Source: an uncultured Candidatus Rokubacteria bacterium
GTDB lineage: Bacteria > Methylomirabilota > Methylomirabilia > Rokubacteriales > CSP1-6
DNA: 64,000 nt
Assembly: GCA_963789955.1 (NCBI GenBank)
Contig: CAWBMV010000034.1
Coordinates: 576,001-640,000 of the forward strand
Reading direction: 5' to 3'
The position numbers and the translations under genes were made by a program. Shown piece after piece: positions 20,814 through 29,888 of this stretch; position 1 is the stretch's first letter; each line of letters starts with the position of its first letter. The notes beneath the pieces are model-generated. The model saw only the letters and a program-made list of their open reading frames with translations, had not been told where the DNA came from and ran no database searches.

Positions 20814-22305
20814 ATGCGGCACCTCGCCAAGCTCCTGCTCGTCGCGCTCGCCCTGCTGCCTCTCGCGTCTCCGGCCGCGGCGCCCGCAGCAGAATCTGGT
20901 GGTGCAGGCCGCGACCGAGCCACCCGGCCTCGATCTGACGGCGACGCCGGCGTCCGCCACCGCGGGCGTCGTCTTCTACAACGTGCAGGAGGCGCTCGTG
21001 AAGGTCGACCGCCACGGCAAGCTCGTGCCGTGGCTCGCCGAGAAGTGGCACACCTCGGACAACAAGAACTACACGTTCTTCCTGAAGAAGGGCGTCCGCT
21101 TCCAGAACGGACGCGAGATGAAGGCCGCCGACGTGAAGTTCGTCTTCGATCGGGCGATGAACCCGGAGACCAAGCACCCGGCGGTCAAGCAGTACGAGGT
21201 GATCGCCGACATCATCGTCAAGGACGACTACACGCTCACGTTCGCGCTCAAGACCACCAACGCCAATTTTCTCCTGACCATGGCGCGGCAGGGCTCCGTC
21301 ATCTATCCGCGCGAGGCCGTCGACACGCTCAAGAGCGAGCCCATCGGCACCGGGCCTTACAAGGTCGCCGAGTGGGTGCGCGGCGATCGGATCGTGCTGG
21401 CGAAGAACGCCGACTATCACGTGAAGGGGCTGCCCAAGCTCGACCGCGTCACCTACCGGTTCATCCCGGACCCGAACGCCGCGCTCGCCGCGCTCAAGGC
21501 GGGTGACGTCGACGCCACGATGTTCGGCCTGGGCCCGGAGCACATCCCGGATCTGCAGAAGGACCCGCGCTTCCAGGTGATCGTCGGCGAGACGACGAAC
21601 GACGTCATCATGTCGATGAACAACTCGCGCAAGCCGTTCACCGACGTGCGGGTGCGCCGCGCCGTCACCTACGGGATCAACAAGCCCGAGGTGGTGAAAG
21701 GCGCGATGTTCGGCTTCGGCCGCGTGCTCGGGACCAACGTCGATCCGCTCAATCCGTATTTCGTCGACATGTCCGGCGCCATGCCGTACGACCCCGCGAA
21801 GGCCAAGAAGCTCCTGGCCGAGGCCGGCTACCCGAACGGGTTCGAGGCCGTGCTGAAGGTTGCGCCCCAGTACTACTACACCGTGCGCACCGGCGAGGTC
21901 CTGGCCGACCAGCTCCAGAAGGTCGGCGTGAAGATCAAGATCGAGCAGATCGAGTGGGGCCAGTGGCTCTCGCGCGTGTGGAAGGACGCCGACTACGACC
22001 TCACGATCATCGGGCACGCCGAGGCGTGGGACGTCGCCAACTACGCGAACCCGAAATATTACTTCCGCTACGACAGCCCCGAGTTCCAGAAGATCTTCCA
22101 GGAATCCGAGGTCACCGTCGACGACAAGGCGCGCCGCGAGCTCTACGTGAAGATCCAGAAGAAGCTCGTCGAGGACGCGCCGGTCGTGTGGCTGTACATC
22201 CACCCCCGGCTGGTCGTGACCAAGAAGGGTCTGCAGGGCCTCTGGAAGGATCTGCCGGCCGGTGCCGGCGTCAACGATCTCTCCGAGGTCTCGTGGGTGA
22301 AGTAG
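20814..22305 (+). CDS. Peptide ABC transporter substrate-binding protein (family 5), frameshift after the signal peptide
   Basis: Signal MRHLAKLLLVALALL..., PWLAEKW, GTGPYKV, PFTDVRVRRA, YDPAKAKKLLAEAG. Confidence 0.9.
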
Positions 22306-22325
22306 CCCGGACTTCAAGGCTAGGC

Positions 22326-23270
22326 GTGCGGCGGTACATCGCCAGGAGGGTCGCGGCGTTCGTCGCGACCCTCTTCTTCGTCTCGGCCCTCGTGTTCGTC
22401 GTCGTCCGCGTCCTGCCCGGCGATCCCGCGCTCGTGATCATCGGCCCCGAGGGAAGCCCCGAGGCGGCGGCGCGCCTGCGCGAGGCGCTCGGATTGAACC
22501 GGCCGATCCTGGTCCAGTACACCGAGTGGCTTACGCGCGCGGTCCGCGGCGATCTCGGCGTCTCGCTCCAGTACGACGTGCCGGTGGGGCGCCTGATCGT
22601 GAGCCGGCTCCCGGTGACCTTGCCGCTCACCCTGATGGCGGCCGCGCTCATGGCCTCGACGGCGATCCCGCTGGGGCTCTACGCCGCGCGCCGTCACCGC
22701 CGCGCCGGCGACTACGTGGCGATGGTCGTCTCGCAGATCGGGATCGCGATTCCGGGGTTCTGGGCCGGTCTGCTCCTGATCTTGCTGTTCTCGGTGCATC
22801 TGGGCTGGGTGCAGTCGGGCGGCTTCGCCGGCTGGTCGAGCGGAGTCTGGCCGGGGGTGCGCTCGCTGCTGCTCCCGGCGATCGCGCTCGGATTTTTCCA
22901 GATGGCCGTCCTGGTGCGCGCCACGCGCTCCTCGGTGCTCGACGTGCTGCGCGAGGACTACGTGCGCACCGCGCGCGCCAAGGGGGTGAGCGAGCTCTCG
23001 GTCCTCGCCAAGCACACCTTGCGCAACGCCTTGATCCCGATCGTGACGGTGGCCGGCCTGCAGCTCGGCCAGCTGATGGCGGGCGCGATCATCCTCGAGT
23101 CGGTGTTCGCGCTGCCGGGGCTCGGACGCCTGGCCCTCGGCGCGATCACCGCGCGCGATCTGCCGGTCGTGCAGGGCGTGACGCTCTTCGTCGCCTCGAC
23201 GATCGTGCTGATCAACTTCGCGGTGGATCTCCTGTACGTCGTGCTGGATCCACGCATTCGGTATGAATAG
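22326..23270 (+). CDS. Peptide ABC transporter permease (DppB type)
   Basis: LPGDPA, GDLGVS, EDYVRTARAKG, RDLPVVQG, LDPRIR. Confidence 0.9.
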   Translation: MRRYIARRVAAFVATLFFVSALVFVVVRVLPGDPALVIIGPEGSPEAAARLREALGLNRPILVQYTEWLTRAVRGDLGVSLQYDVPVGRLIVSRLPVTLPLTLMAAALMASTAIPLGLYAARRHRRAGDYVAMVVSQIGIAIPGFWAGLLLILLFSVHLGWVQSGGFAGWSSGVWPGVRSLLLPAIALGFFQMAVLVRATRSSVLDVLREDYVRTARAKGVSELSVLAKHTLRNALIPIVTVAGLQLGQLMAGAIILESVFALPGLGRLALGAITARDLPVVQGVTLFVASTIVLINFAVDLLYVVLDPRIRYE

Positions 23271-24092
23271 GATGCGGCGACGGCCGCTCCGGCACCTCAC
23301 GTTCACGCTCGGCGTCGCGATCACGGCGCTGCTGATCGTGACGGCGGCGCTGAGCCTCGTCTACACGCCGCAGGATCCGCTCGCGATGTCGATCACCGGC
23401 CGGCTCCAGGGCCCGTCCGGCGCGCATCTCTTCGGCACCGACCAGTACGGACGCGACATGCTCTCGCGCGTGATGACCGGCACCGTCATCTCCATCGCCG
23501 TCGGCGTGATCGCGGTCGGCATCGGCGCCGCCATCGGGATCGTGATCGGCATCGCGAGCGGCTACGTCGGCGGCTGGATCGACGAGGCGTTCATGCGGCT
23601 GGTCGACGCGATCCAGGGCTTCCCGGCGATTCTCTCCGCGCTCCTGTTCGCCGCGGTGTTCGCCCCCGGCATCGTGATCAGCATGGTCGCCATCGGCATC
23701 GCATTCGTGCCGGCGTTCGCGCGGCTGACCCGCGCGGGCTTCCTCGAGCTTCGCGCGCGCGAGTTCGTCGTCGCGGCCCGCGCGCTCGGCGCGCGCGACC
23801 GGCGGCTGATCGCGCGCCACATCCTGCCGAACACGCTGGCGCCGCTCATCGTCCAGGCGACGACGAGCTTTCCCGATCGCGATCCTCGCCGAGGCCGGAC
23901 TCGCGTATCTGGGTCTCGGGACGCAGCCGCCGCATCCGTCCTGGGGGCTGATGCTGCGAGAGGCGCAGAGCTTCCTGTCGCTGAACCCGTGGTTCGCCGT
24001 GTTCCCCGGGCGGCGCGATCGCCCTGACCGTGCTGGGGCTCAATCTCCTGGGCGACGGTCTGCGCGATCTGCTCGACCCGAGGACGGTGTGA
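23263..24092 (+). CDS. Peptide ABC transporter permease (DppC type), frameshifted
   Basis: HLFGTDQYGRD, RHILPN, HPSWG, LGDGLRDLLDPR. Confidence 0.88.
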
Positions 24093-24162
24093 CCCTGCCG
24101 TCGCGCGCGGACGGAATCGACTCGGGAAGTCGAAGACTTCCGCCTCACGGGCGCTAAGAAGA

Positions 24163-24192
24163 TTGACTTTTCTGGAAATATGTCGGTATCGT
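24163..24192 (+). promoter_or_regulatory. Putative sigma70 promoter for yjbQ-like gene
   Basis: TTGACT-N18-TATCGT in an AT-rich patch. Confidence 0.45.
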
Positions 24193-24268
24193 AACGGTTG
24201 GTCTTGGCGCGGCCTGGTGGGAGTGTGGCGAGTCAGTCGAAGCGGCACGCCGTGGAGAGAGCACGACG

Positions 24269-24697
24269 ATGAAGGTTTACAACACGTCCTTCACCCTGGC
24301 GACGGACGAGCGGACCGAGATCTCGGATATCACCAAGCTCGTACGCGACTCGGTCCAGCAGTTCGCGGTCACCACCGGTATCGCGCTCGTCAACACCCTG
24401 CACACGACCTGCGCGCTGTTCGTCAACGAGTTCCAGAGCGCGCTGATCGACGATCTGCGATCGCTGATCGAGAATATCGTGCCCGAGCGCGACGGCTATC
24501 GCCACGACGACCCGCGGGTGTCCGATTGCGAGCGCGGCAACGCGCACTCGCATCTGCGGGCGGCGCTGCTCGGGCGCAACATCGCGGTCGGCGTGAACAA
24601 CGGCGAGCTGACGCTCGGCCGCTTCCAGTCGGTCATCTTCGCCGAGCTCGACGGCCCGCGGAAGCGCGAGATCAGCATCCAGGTGATCGGCGAGTAG
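24269..24697 (+). CDS. yjbQ: YjbQ-family (UPF0047) secondary thiamine-phosphate synthase-like protein
   Basis: HTTCALFVNE, YRHDD, NAHSHLRA, LGRFQSVIFAELDGPR. Confidence 0.88.
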   Translation: MKVYNTSFTLATDERTEISDITKLVRDSVQQFAVTTGIALVNTLHTTCALFVNEFQSALIDDLRSLIENIVPERDGYRHDDPRVSDCERGNAHSHLRAALLGRNIAVGVNNGELTLGRFQSVIFAELDGPRKREISIQVIGE

Positions 24698-24701
24698 CGG
24701 C

Positions 24702-24922
24702 GGCTAGCGCTTCCTCGCGACCGCCGGCTCGATGTCCGAGCCATCCGCCGCGACGCGACCCTGAACGACCTCGAAGTGCTCCAGGACGAACCTCAGCGCC
24801 GGCAGGCGGTCCCGCAGCGCCGCGACGTATCGAGCCCCGTGCCGTCCGAGCGGATGTAGTCGCGCACCGCACGACCCCGCCGCGATCCGTCATCGCACCA
24901 CACGTCGCATGGTCACGGTCAT
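24702..24922 (-). pseudogene. Truncated gene remnant downstream of the ABC exporter
   Basis: ATGA-coupled start that stops after about 10 codons, then a protein-like C-terminal stretch LRDRLPALRFVLEHFEVV...ARKR* in another frame. Confidence 0.35.
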
Positions 24923-26754
24923 CGCGATGCCTCGAACTGCAAGTGGTAGAGCCGCGAGTACGTGGGGCTCGACTCGAGCAGGATTGCATGCGGCGCGACG
25001 GCCTCGATGCGGCGATCGTTCAGCACGACGATCCGATCGGCGTGCAGGATCGTCGAGAGGCGGTGGGCGATGACGATCGAGGTCGAGCCCACGATCACCC
25101 GGTCGATCGCGTCCTGCACGAGCCGCTCGGACTCGCTGTCGAGCGAGCTCGTGGCTTCGTCCAGGATCAGGATTCGCGGTCGCCCGACGATGGCCCGGGC
25201 GATCGCGATGCGCTGGCGCTGGCCGCCGGAGAGCCGGACCCCGCGCTCGCCCGCCACGGTGTCGTAGCCGCGCGGGAACTCGGAGATGAACTCGTGGGCG
25301 TTCGCGGTCCGCGCCGCCGCCATGATGTCGGCGTCCGTCAGATCCTGGCGACCGTGCACGATGTTGTCTCGGATCGTCATGTTGAAGAGCACCGCGTCCT
25401 GCGACACGACGCCGAAGAGCGCCCGGTAGCTGGATTGACGGAGCCGGCGGATATCCCGCCCGTCGATGGTCACGACGCCCTGCCGGGGATCGTAGAATCG
25501 CAAGACGAGATCCGCGAGCGTCGACTTGCCGATGCCGCTCGGTCCGACGACGGCGACGATTTCTCCGCGCCGAATCTCGAGGTCGATGTTGTCGAGCACG
25601 ATGTCGTCGTCGCCGTAGCCGAACGTGACGCCGCGCAGCGCCAGACGGTCGCGGAAATCCGCGATCGGCTCGGTGCCATCCGCGACATCGGGCCGCGTCT
25701 CCAGCAGCTCAATGACGCGAGTGGAGCTGGCCAGCACCGACTGGATCTCCACCCAGGCGCTGCCGAGCCGGCCGATCTGCACGAGGATGACGCGGCCGAC
25801 GTACATGAACAGGACGAAGGCCGGCGCACCCATCCGGCCCTCCAGGAGCGCCCACGCCCCGACCAGCACGATCGTCGCCTCGACCATGTAGTTCGCCGCG
25901 TTGCGCGCCGGCTCGTTGATGTGCTTGTAGAGGCCGTGGCGGACGCGCAGGCGCATGAGCTCGCGCAGCATGCGCCGGGCTCGGCCGACCTCGAGCGCCT
26001 CGACGCCGAGCGCCTTGACCTCGCGGATGTTCGCGAGCACCTCGTGGAAGTGCGCGAGGAGGCCGCCGAGCATCGACAGATCTGCGCGGGCGAGACGGCG
26101 TACGGGCCCTTTCACGAAGCGCGTGATCCCATAGTGCGCGATACCGGCGCCGGCGGCGGCCAGGACCAGATACGGGCTCGTGCGGATCAGGAGGAAACCG
26201 TAGACCGCGATCAAGACGGGCGCGGTGACGACACTGATGATGACCACCTCGAGCGGCGCGGCGGTCGAATGCGCGTCGGCCTCGAGCCGCGACACCAGCT
26301 CGCCCGTGCGATGGCGCTTGAAGAACCCGAGCGAGAGGCTCAGCAGGTGCTCGAACAGCTGCGCCTGGATGGCCGCCATCGTGCGCACGCGAATCCAGAG
26401 CCCGAGCAGGTAGTTGCCGAAGTCGGCGGCGCTCTTGAGGAGCCCGATCAGCACGTACGCGCAGGTCAGGACGATGATTGCGCGCTGGGGGCTCGCGGAG
26501 CCCGTGACGCCCAGCCACTGGAAGACCGCGGCGCCGAGCGTTCCGAGGTTCAGGTTGCCGAAGCCGACCCGCGGCGGGGCGGGGCGGGCGGCCAGGCCGC
26601 CGAGGGCGAGGTCGAGAATCGGCGCCATGATCAGCGGCAGCAGACCGGCCAGGATCGTCGCGACATAGCTCAGGACCAGCAGCACCACGACCGCCCGCCA
26701 GTGCGGCCGGACGTACGTCCGTAGGAGGCGCAGGAGGCGGCGGAGGTCGGTCAC
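24919..26754 (-). CDS. MsbA/PglK-like ABC exporter (fused TMD-NBD), candidate glycan flippase
   Basis: N-terminal TM domain, GPSGIGKS, LSGGQRQR, DEATSSLD, IAHRLST; adjacent to glycan genes. Confidence 0.88.
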   Translation of the reverse strand: MTDLRRLLRLLRTYVRPHWRAVVVLLVLSYVATILAGLLPLIMAPILDLALGGLAARPAPPRVGFGNLNLGTLGAAVFQWLGVTGSASPQRAIIVLTCAYVLIGLLKSAADFGNYLLGLWIRVRTMAAIQAQLFEHLLSLSLGFFKRHRTGELVSRLEADAHSTAAPLEVVIISVVTAPVLIAVYGFLLIRTSPYLVLAAAGAGIAHYGITRFVKGPVRRLARADLSMLGGLLAHFHEVLANIREVKALGVEALEVGRARRMLRELMRLRVRHGLYKHINEPARNAANYMVEATIVLVGAWALLEGRMGAPAFVLFMYVGRVILVQIGRLGSAWVEIQSVLASSTRVIELLETRPDVADGTEPIADFRDRLALRGVTFGYGDDDIVLDNIDLEIRRGEIVAVVGPSGIGKSTLADLVLRFYDPRQGVVTIDGRDIRRLRQSSYRALFGVVSQDAVLFNMTIRDNIVHGRQDLTDADIMAAARTANAHEFISEFPRGYDTVAGERGVRLSGGQRQRIAIARAIVGRPRILILDEATSSLDSESERLVQDAIDRVIVGSTSIVIAHRLSTILHADRIVVLNDRRIEAVAPHAILLESSPTYSRLYHLQFEASR

Positions 26755-27347
26755 TGGCGCAAGGTCACGAGGCGGTCGCGAGGCACGCCCCGGGCCGTCA
26801 GCGCCGCGACATGCACGTCCGGCTTGTCGAACGTCGCGACGACGATCGCATCGAACTCGTGCGGAGCGAGCTCGCGTACGTCGCGCACTTCGAGCCCCAG
26901 GAAGCGGCGGCCCGCGTGGCCGTCAAATACGGCGATCGGCTCCAGCCCCAGCTCGCAGAGCGTCAGATAGGCAAGCTCCGCGGCGTCCTCGGCCCCATAG
27001 AGCGCGATACGCTGTGCGTGGCGGTTGGCAAGCTCGGCCATCGCGTCCCGCAGATGCGCTCTGGTCCGGCGATACAGATGCAGCGAGTGCGCCATGTACT
27101 CGTACGTCAGGCGGGATTTCTCGGCGATTCCTTTACCGGTCAGCAGGTAGCGGAGTCGCTTGCGGACCGCCGGCTTGCGCGGAAAGCCGCCGACTTTGAC
27201 GTAGCCCTTGCGCATCAGCCGGCGCAGGTAGAGGTTGGTCAGGCCGACGGCTACCCCCAGCCGCTGCGCGAGCGCGCGCTGGGTCAGCGGCTTTCCCTCA
27301 CCGATGGCGATCAGGATCTCGAGCTCACGCTCCGCTTGACGTTCCAT
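26751..27347 (-). CDS. Polysaccharide-locus-associated MarR-type winged-helix regulator
   Basis: LTQRALAQRLGVAVGLTNLYLRRLMRKGYV, YLLTGKGIAEK, C-terminal Rossmann-like IALYGA. Confidence 0.85.
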   Translation of the reverse strand: MERQAERELEILIAIGEGKPLTQRALAQRLGVAVGLTNLYLRRLMRKGYVKVGGFPRKPAVRKRLRYLLTGKGIAEKSRLTYEYMAHSLHLYRRTRAHLRDAMAELANRHAQRIALYGAEDAAELAYLTLCELGLEPIAVFDGHAGRRFLGLEVRDVRELAPHEFDAIVVATFDKPDVHVAALTARGVPRDRLVTLRQ

Positions 27348-27355
27348 ACGCCTGC

Positions 27356-27370
27356 GTTCAACATTTGAAC
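27356..27370. promoter_or_regulatory. Palindromic operator candidate
   Basis: Perfect GTTCAA-CAT-TTGAAC inverted repeat 8 nt upstream of the regulator ATG. Confidence 0.6.
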
Positions 27371-27658
27371 AAATGGCCGGTGACCCTGTCAAGGTTGGCG
27401 CGCATCGGGGGTCGTGCATATCGGGTATGATCTGGACACGTTTGCAGCTCTACACCTCCAGCGGCGAGTTTTAGCAGCGTCAGCCGCATAAACGAAAAAA
27501 GGCGCACCTGGCGGCCGCGAGGGTGGCACGAAACGAACATGAGTTTTGGACTACATTAAGACGCATCGTGAAAATCCCGGTCTTGATGCTGCCGCGCACC
27601 GCCAGCATGCTCTGGACGAGTGCGGGTTTCTCGATGGCATGTCACGAGAGCGAATTTC

Positions 27659-28516
27659 ATGAGTGAATCGAAAAATACTGTTGGTGAAATTCCCACGGAG
27701 CGCTTGCGCGAATATGCGACTGGTGCGAACTGGTACCACACCCTGGAGCTGCGGCCCGGAATCCAGACGGACGGCGTCTATGAGCATATCCCGTATCTCA
27801 AACATTACGGGCTGCCCGAATCGCTCGCCGGCCAGAGCGTGCTCGATGTGGGCGCGGCGGACGGGTTTTTCGCTTTTGAATTCGAACGCCGGGGTGCTGC
27901 GAGTGTGCTGGCTCTGGACAATAACCGCTTCAGCGGTGAGCTGACGACCGAGGTTTCGCCCAGCCGCAGGGAATCTTACGTCGATAAGTACAAGGGCATG
28001 TTTCAAAAGAACGTCGCCTTCGCGGACGTGTATGAGTCACTGGGCGTTCCGTACGGCCACCAGCTTCTGGCGATGATCGCGTTGCGCAAATCCCGCGTGC
28101 AGTACAAGACACTCGACATCTACGAGCTTGCGCAGCTCAAGAAAAAATATGACTTTGTGTTCTGCGGCGACCTCATCGAACATCTGAAGAATCCGCTTTG
28201 GGCGCTCGAGAATCTTGTGGTCGTCACCGGCAAGCGCTGTGTCGTGGTGCTCTCCAGCGCCCGGAAAGACCGGCCCGGGTTGTCGGTTCTTTCGCGCGTG
28301 TTGAGTCGCGCGCTGGGCTTACCGTACACACGGAAGGCGGTCGAGTACGTGGGCAACGAGGGCGGTGGCTCGTTTTTTCATTTTTATCCCGAAACCTTCC
28401 GGCAGGCGCTGCTCGCCTCGGGTTTCAAGCGCGTGGAGATTTTCGATGAGTTTGACCTGCCCAACCGAAAGCACGGGTTCGACAACTTTCATGTGACGTA
28501 TCACTGTTGGGTGTGA
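27659..28516 (+). CDS. Class I SAM methyltransferase (CmoB/DUF1698-like)
   Basis: WYHTLEL, VLDVGAADGFFAFEFERRGA, YDFVFCGDLIEHLKNP; visibly lower GC than flanks. Confidence 0.82.
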   Translation: MSESKNTVGEIPTERLREYATGANWYHTLELRPGIQTDGVYEHIPYLKHYGLPESLAGQSVLDVGAADGFFAFEFERRGAASVLALDNNRFSGELTTEVSPSRRESYVDKYKGMFQKNVAFADVYESLGVPYGHQLLAMIALRKSRVQYKTLDIYELAQLKKKYDFVFCGDLIEHLKNPLWALENLVVVTGKRCVVVLSSARKDRPGLSVLSRVLSRALGLPYTRKAVEYVGNEGGGSFFHFYPETFRQALLASGFKRVEIFDEFDLPNRKHGFDNFHVTYHCWV

Positions 28517-28524
28517 GCTCCGCG

Positions 28525-29052
28525 ATGCAGGTGCCACTGTTTTCCATCGTCACCGCGATCCGGGACGGTCTGGATTTTTCATGGAGACCGCACCGACCAT
28601 GCTAGGCAACCCCATGAACATTCGAATGGATCGTCGGCGACGACGGCTCAACCGCGCCGCTCGACGAGTACGTGCGCGCTTTGCATGACCGCCGCATCCG
28701 TTATCTCCGGAACGAGCACTCGTTTTGGCAAACGAAAAGCCTGAACCGCGGCATTCGCGAAAGCCGGTCGGATTGGATCGTGCGCGCCGACGGCGATGAC
28801 CTGATTCATTCACTCCGGCTGGAGCTGACCGCGGCCGCGATTCGAGCAGGTGGCAAGAATCGGGCGCGCCTGTTCTTCTTCGACTACGATGTGACAGATG
28901 CGGAACGTCGTCTCCTCGGACTCGTCACGGACGGCGATCTGCGCAAGGCGATCCTGTGCGGTGTCGCCCTGGCCGAGCCCGTCTCCGAGGCGATGAACAT
29001 CACCGCCGACCAGCGCGCACGCGCCGTCGAGTTCCTCGCTCACTTGAATTAG
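28525..29052 (+). pseudogene. Chimeric remnant: GT2 N-terminus + CBS-domain fragment + short unrelated C-terminus
   Basis: FSIVTAIRDG, EWIVGDDGS, SLNRGIRES..DWIVRADGDD (GT2) joined to VTDAERRLLGLVTDGDLRKAIL..PVSEAMN (CBS). Confidence 0.7.
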
Positions 29053-29060
29053 GCGGACAG

Positions 29061-29888
29061 GTGGTCGGATCAGACGAGACTTCCGGAGCTCGCCCGTCGC
29101 CGCCGACCGTACGTCGAGTGAGCCGGGCCGAGCTCCATGAGTCGATCGATCGCTACTACACCGCCTACTATCGCGACACCCTCGGAATCCCCGACTGGAG
29201 TGTGCTGGTGGAGCTTCGCCGCCATGAGGAGCTCCGCGAGCGTGGGCGCCTGGCGCGTCTCGAGGCGCTGCTCGGCGCCGGCGGTTTGCGGGGCCGTGTG
29301 TTGAACGTGGGCTGCGGCACGGGCGGCTTCAACGTCGCGGCGTCGGCTGCCGGCGCCCGCGTGGTGGGCGTGGACGCCGATGCGGACGCCATCGCAATCT
29401 GCGCGCTTCGGCGCGACGCGGGTCTTGGGTTTGCGCGCGCGACGGGCGAAGCGCTTCCGTTTGCCGACGGCGCTTTCGACCTCGTGCACTGCTTCTCCGT
29501 GATCGAGCACGTCGCCTCGGTGACCGTCACGATCCGAGAGATGGTGCGCGTCACGCGGGGAGGCGGCGCAATCTACGTGCACACGCCGAACGCCTGGTCG
29601 CTCTACGAGGGCCACTACAAGCTCTTCTGGGCTCCGTTCCTGCCGAAGACGCTGGGGCGTGTTTATCTCAAGCTTCGCGGACGCCCGGTCGCCTATCTCG
29701 CGACGCTCCGTCGCCTGACTCGCGGCGCCATCGTGCGCGCCTTCGCGGTGGCGGGCGTGAGGGACCTGACCTTCTACGACGACGACCGCCCCCGCGAGAC
29801 GCTGAGCCGCCTTCGCGCGCTGACGGGCGTCTACTATCGCCTATCGGGTGTGACGCCGTACCTCGAGCTCGTCGCGAGGAAACCGTGA
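29061..29888 (+). CDS. Class I SAM methyltransferase
   Basis: VLNVGCGTG, LPFADGAFDLV, VIEHV. Confidence 0.88.
   Translation: MVGSDETSGARPSPPTVRRVSRAELHESIDRYYTAYYRDTLGIPDWSVLVELRRHEELRERGRLARLEALLGAGGLRGRVLNVGCGTGGFNVAASAAGARVVGVDADADAIAICALRRDAGLGFARATGEALPFADGAFDLVHCFSVIEHVASVTVTIREMVRVTRGGGAIYVHTPNAWSLYEGHYKLFWAPFLPKTLGRVYLKLRGRPVAYLATLRRLTRGAIVRAFAVAGVRDLTFYDDDRPRETLSRLRALTGVYYRLSGVTPYLELVARKP

Noticed and set aside
24092..24268. TPP riboswitch upstream of yjbQ
   Set aside because: No CUGAGA core or other TPP aptamer features visible
24163..26724. Long plus-strand ORF (853 aa) and similar long antisense ORFs
   Set aside because: Antisense to well-supported genes, Arg/Ala/Pro-rich with no motifs; expected in high-GC DNA
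27400..27658. ops/JUMPstart element ahead of the glycan operon
   Set aside because: No GGCGGTAG match found
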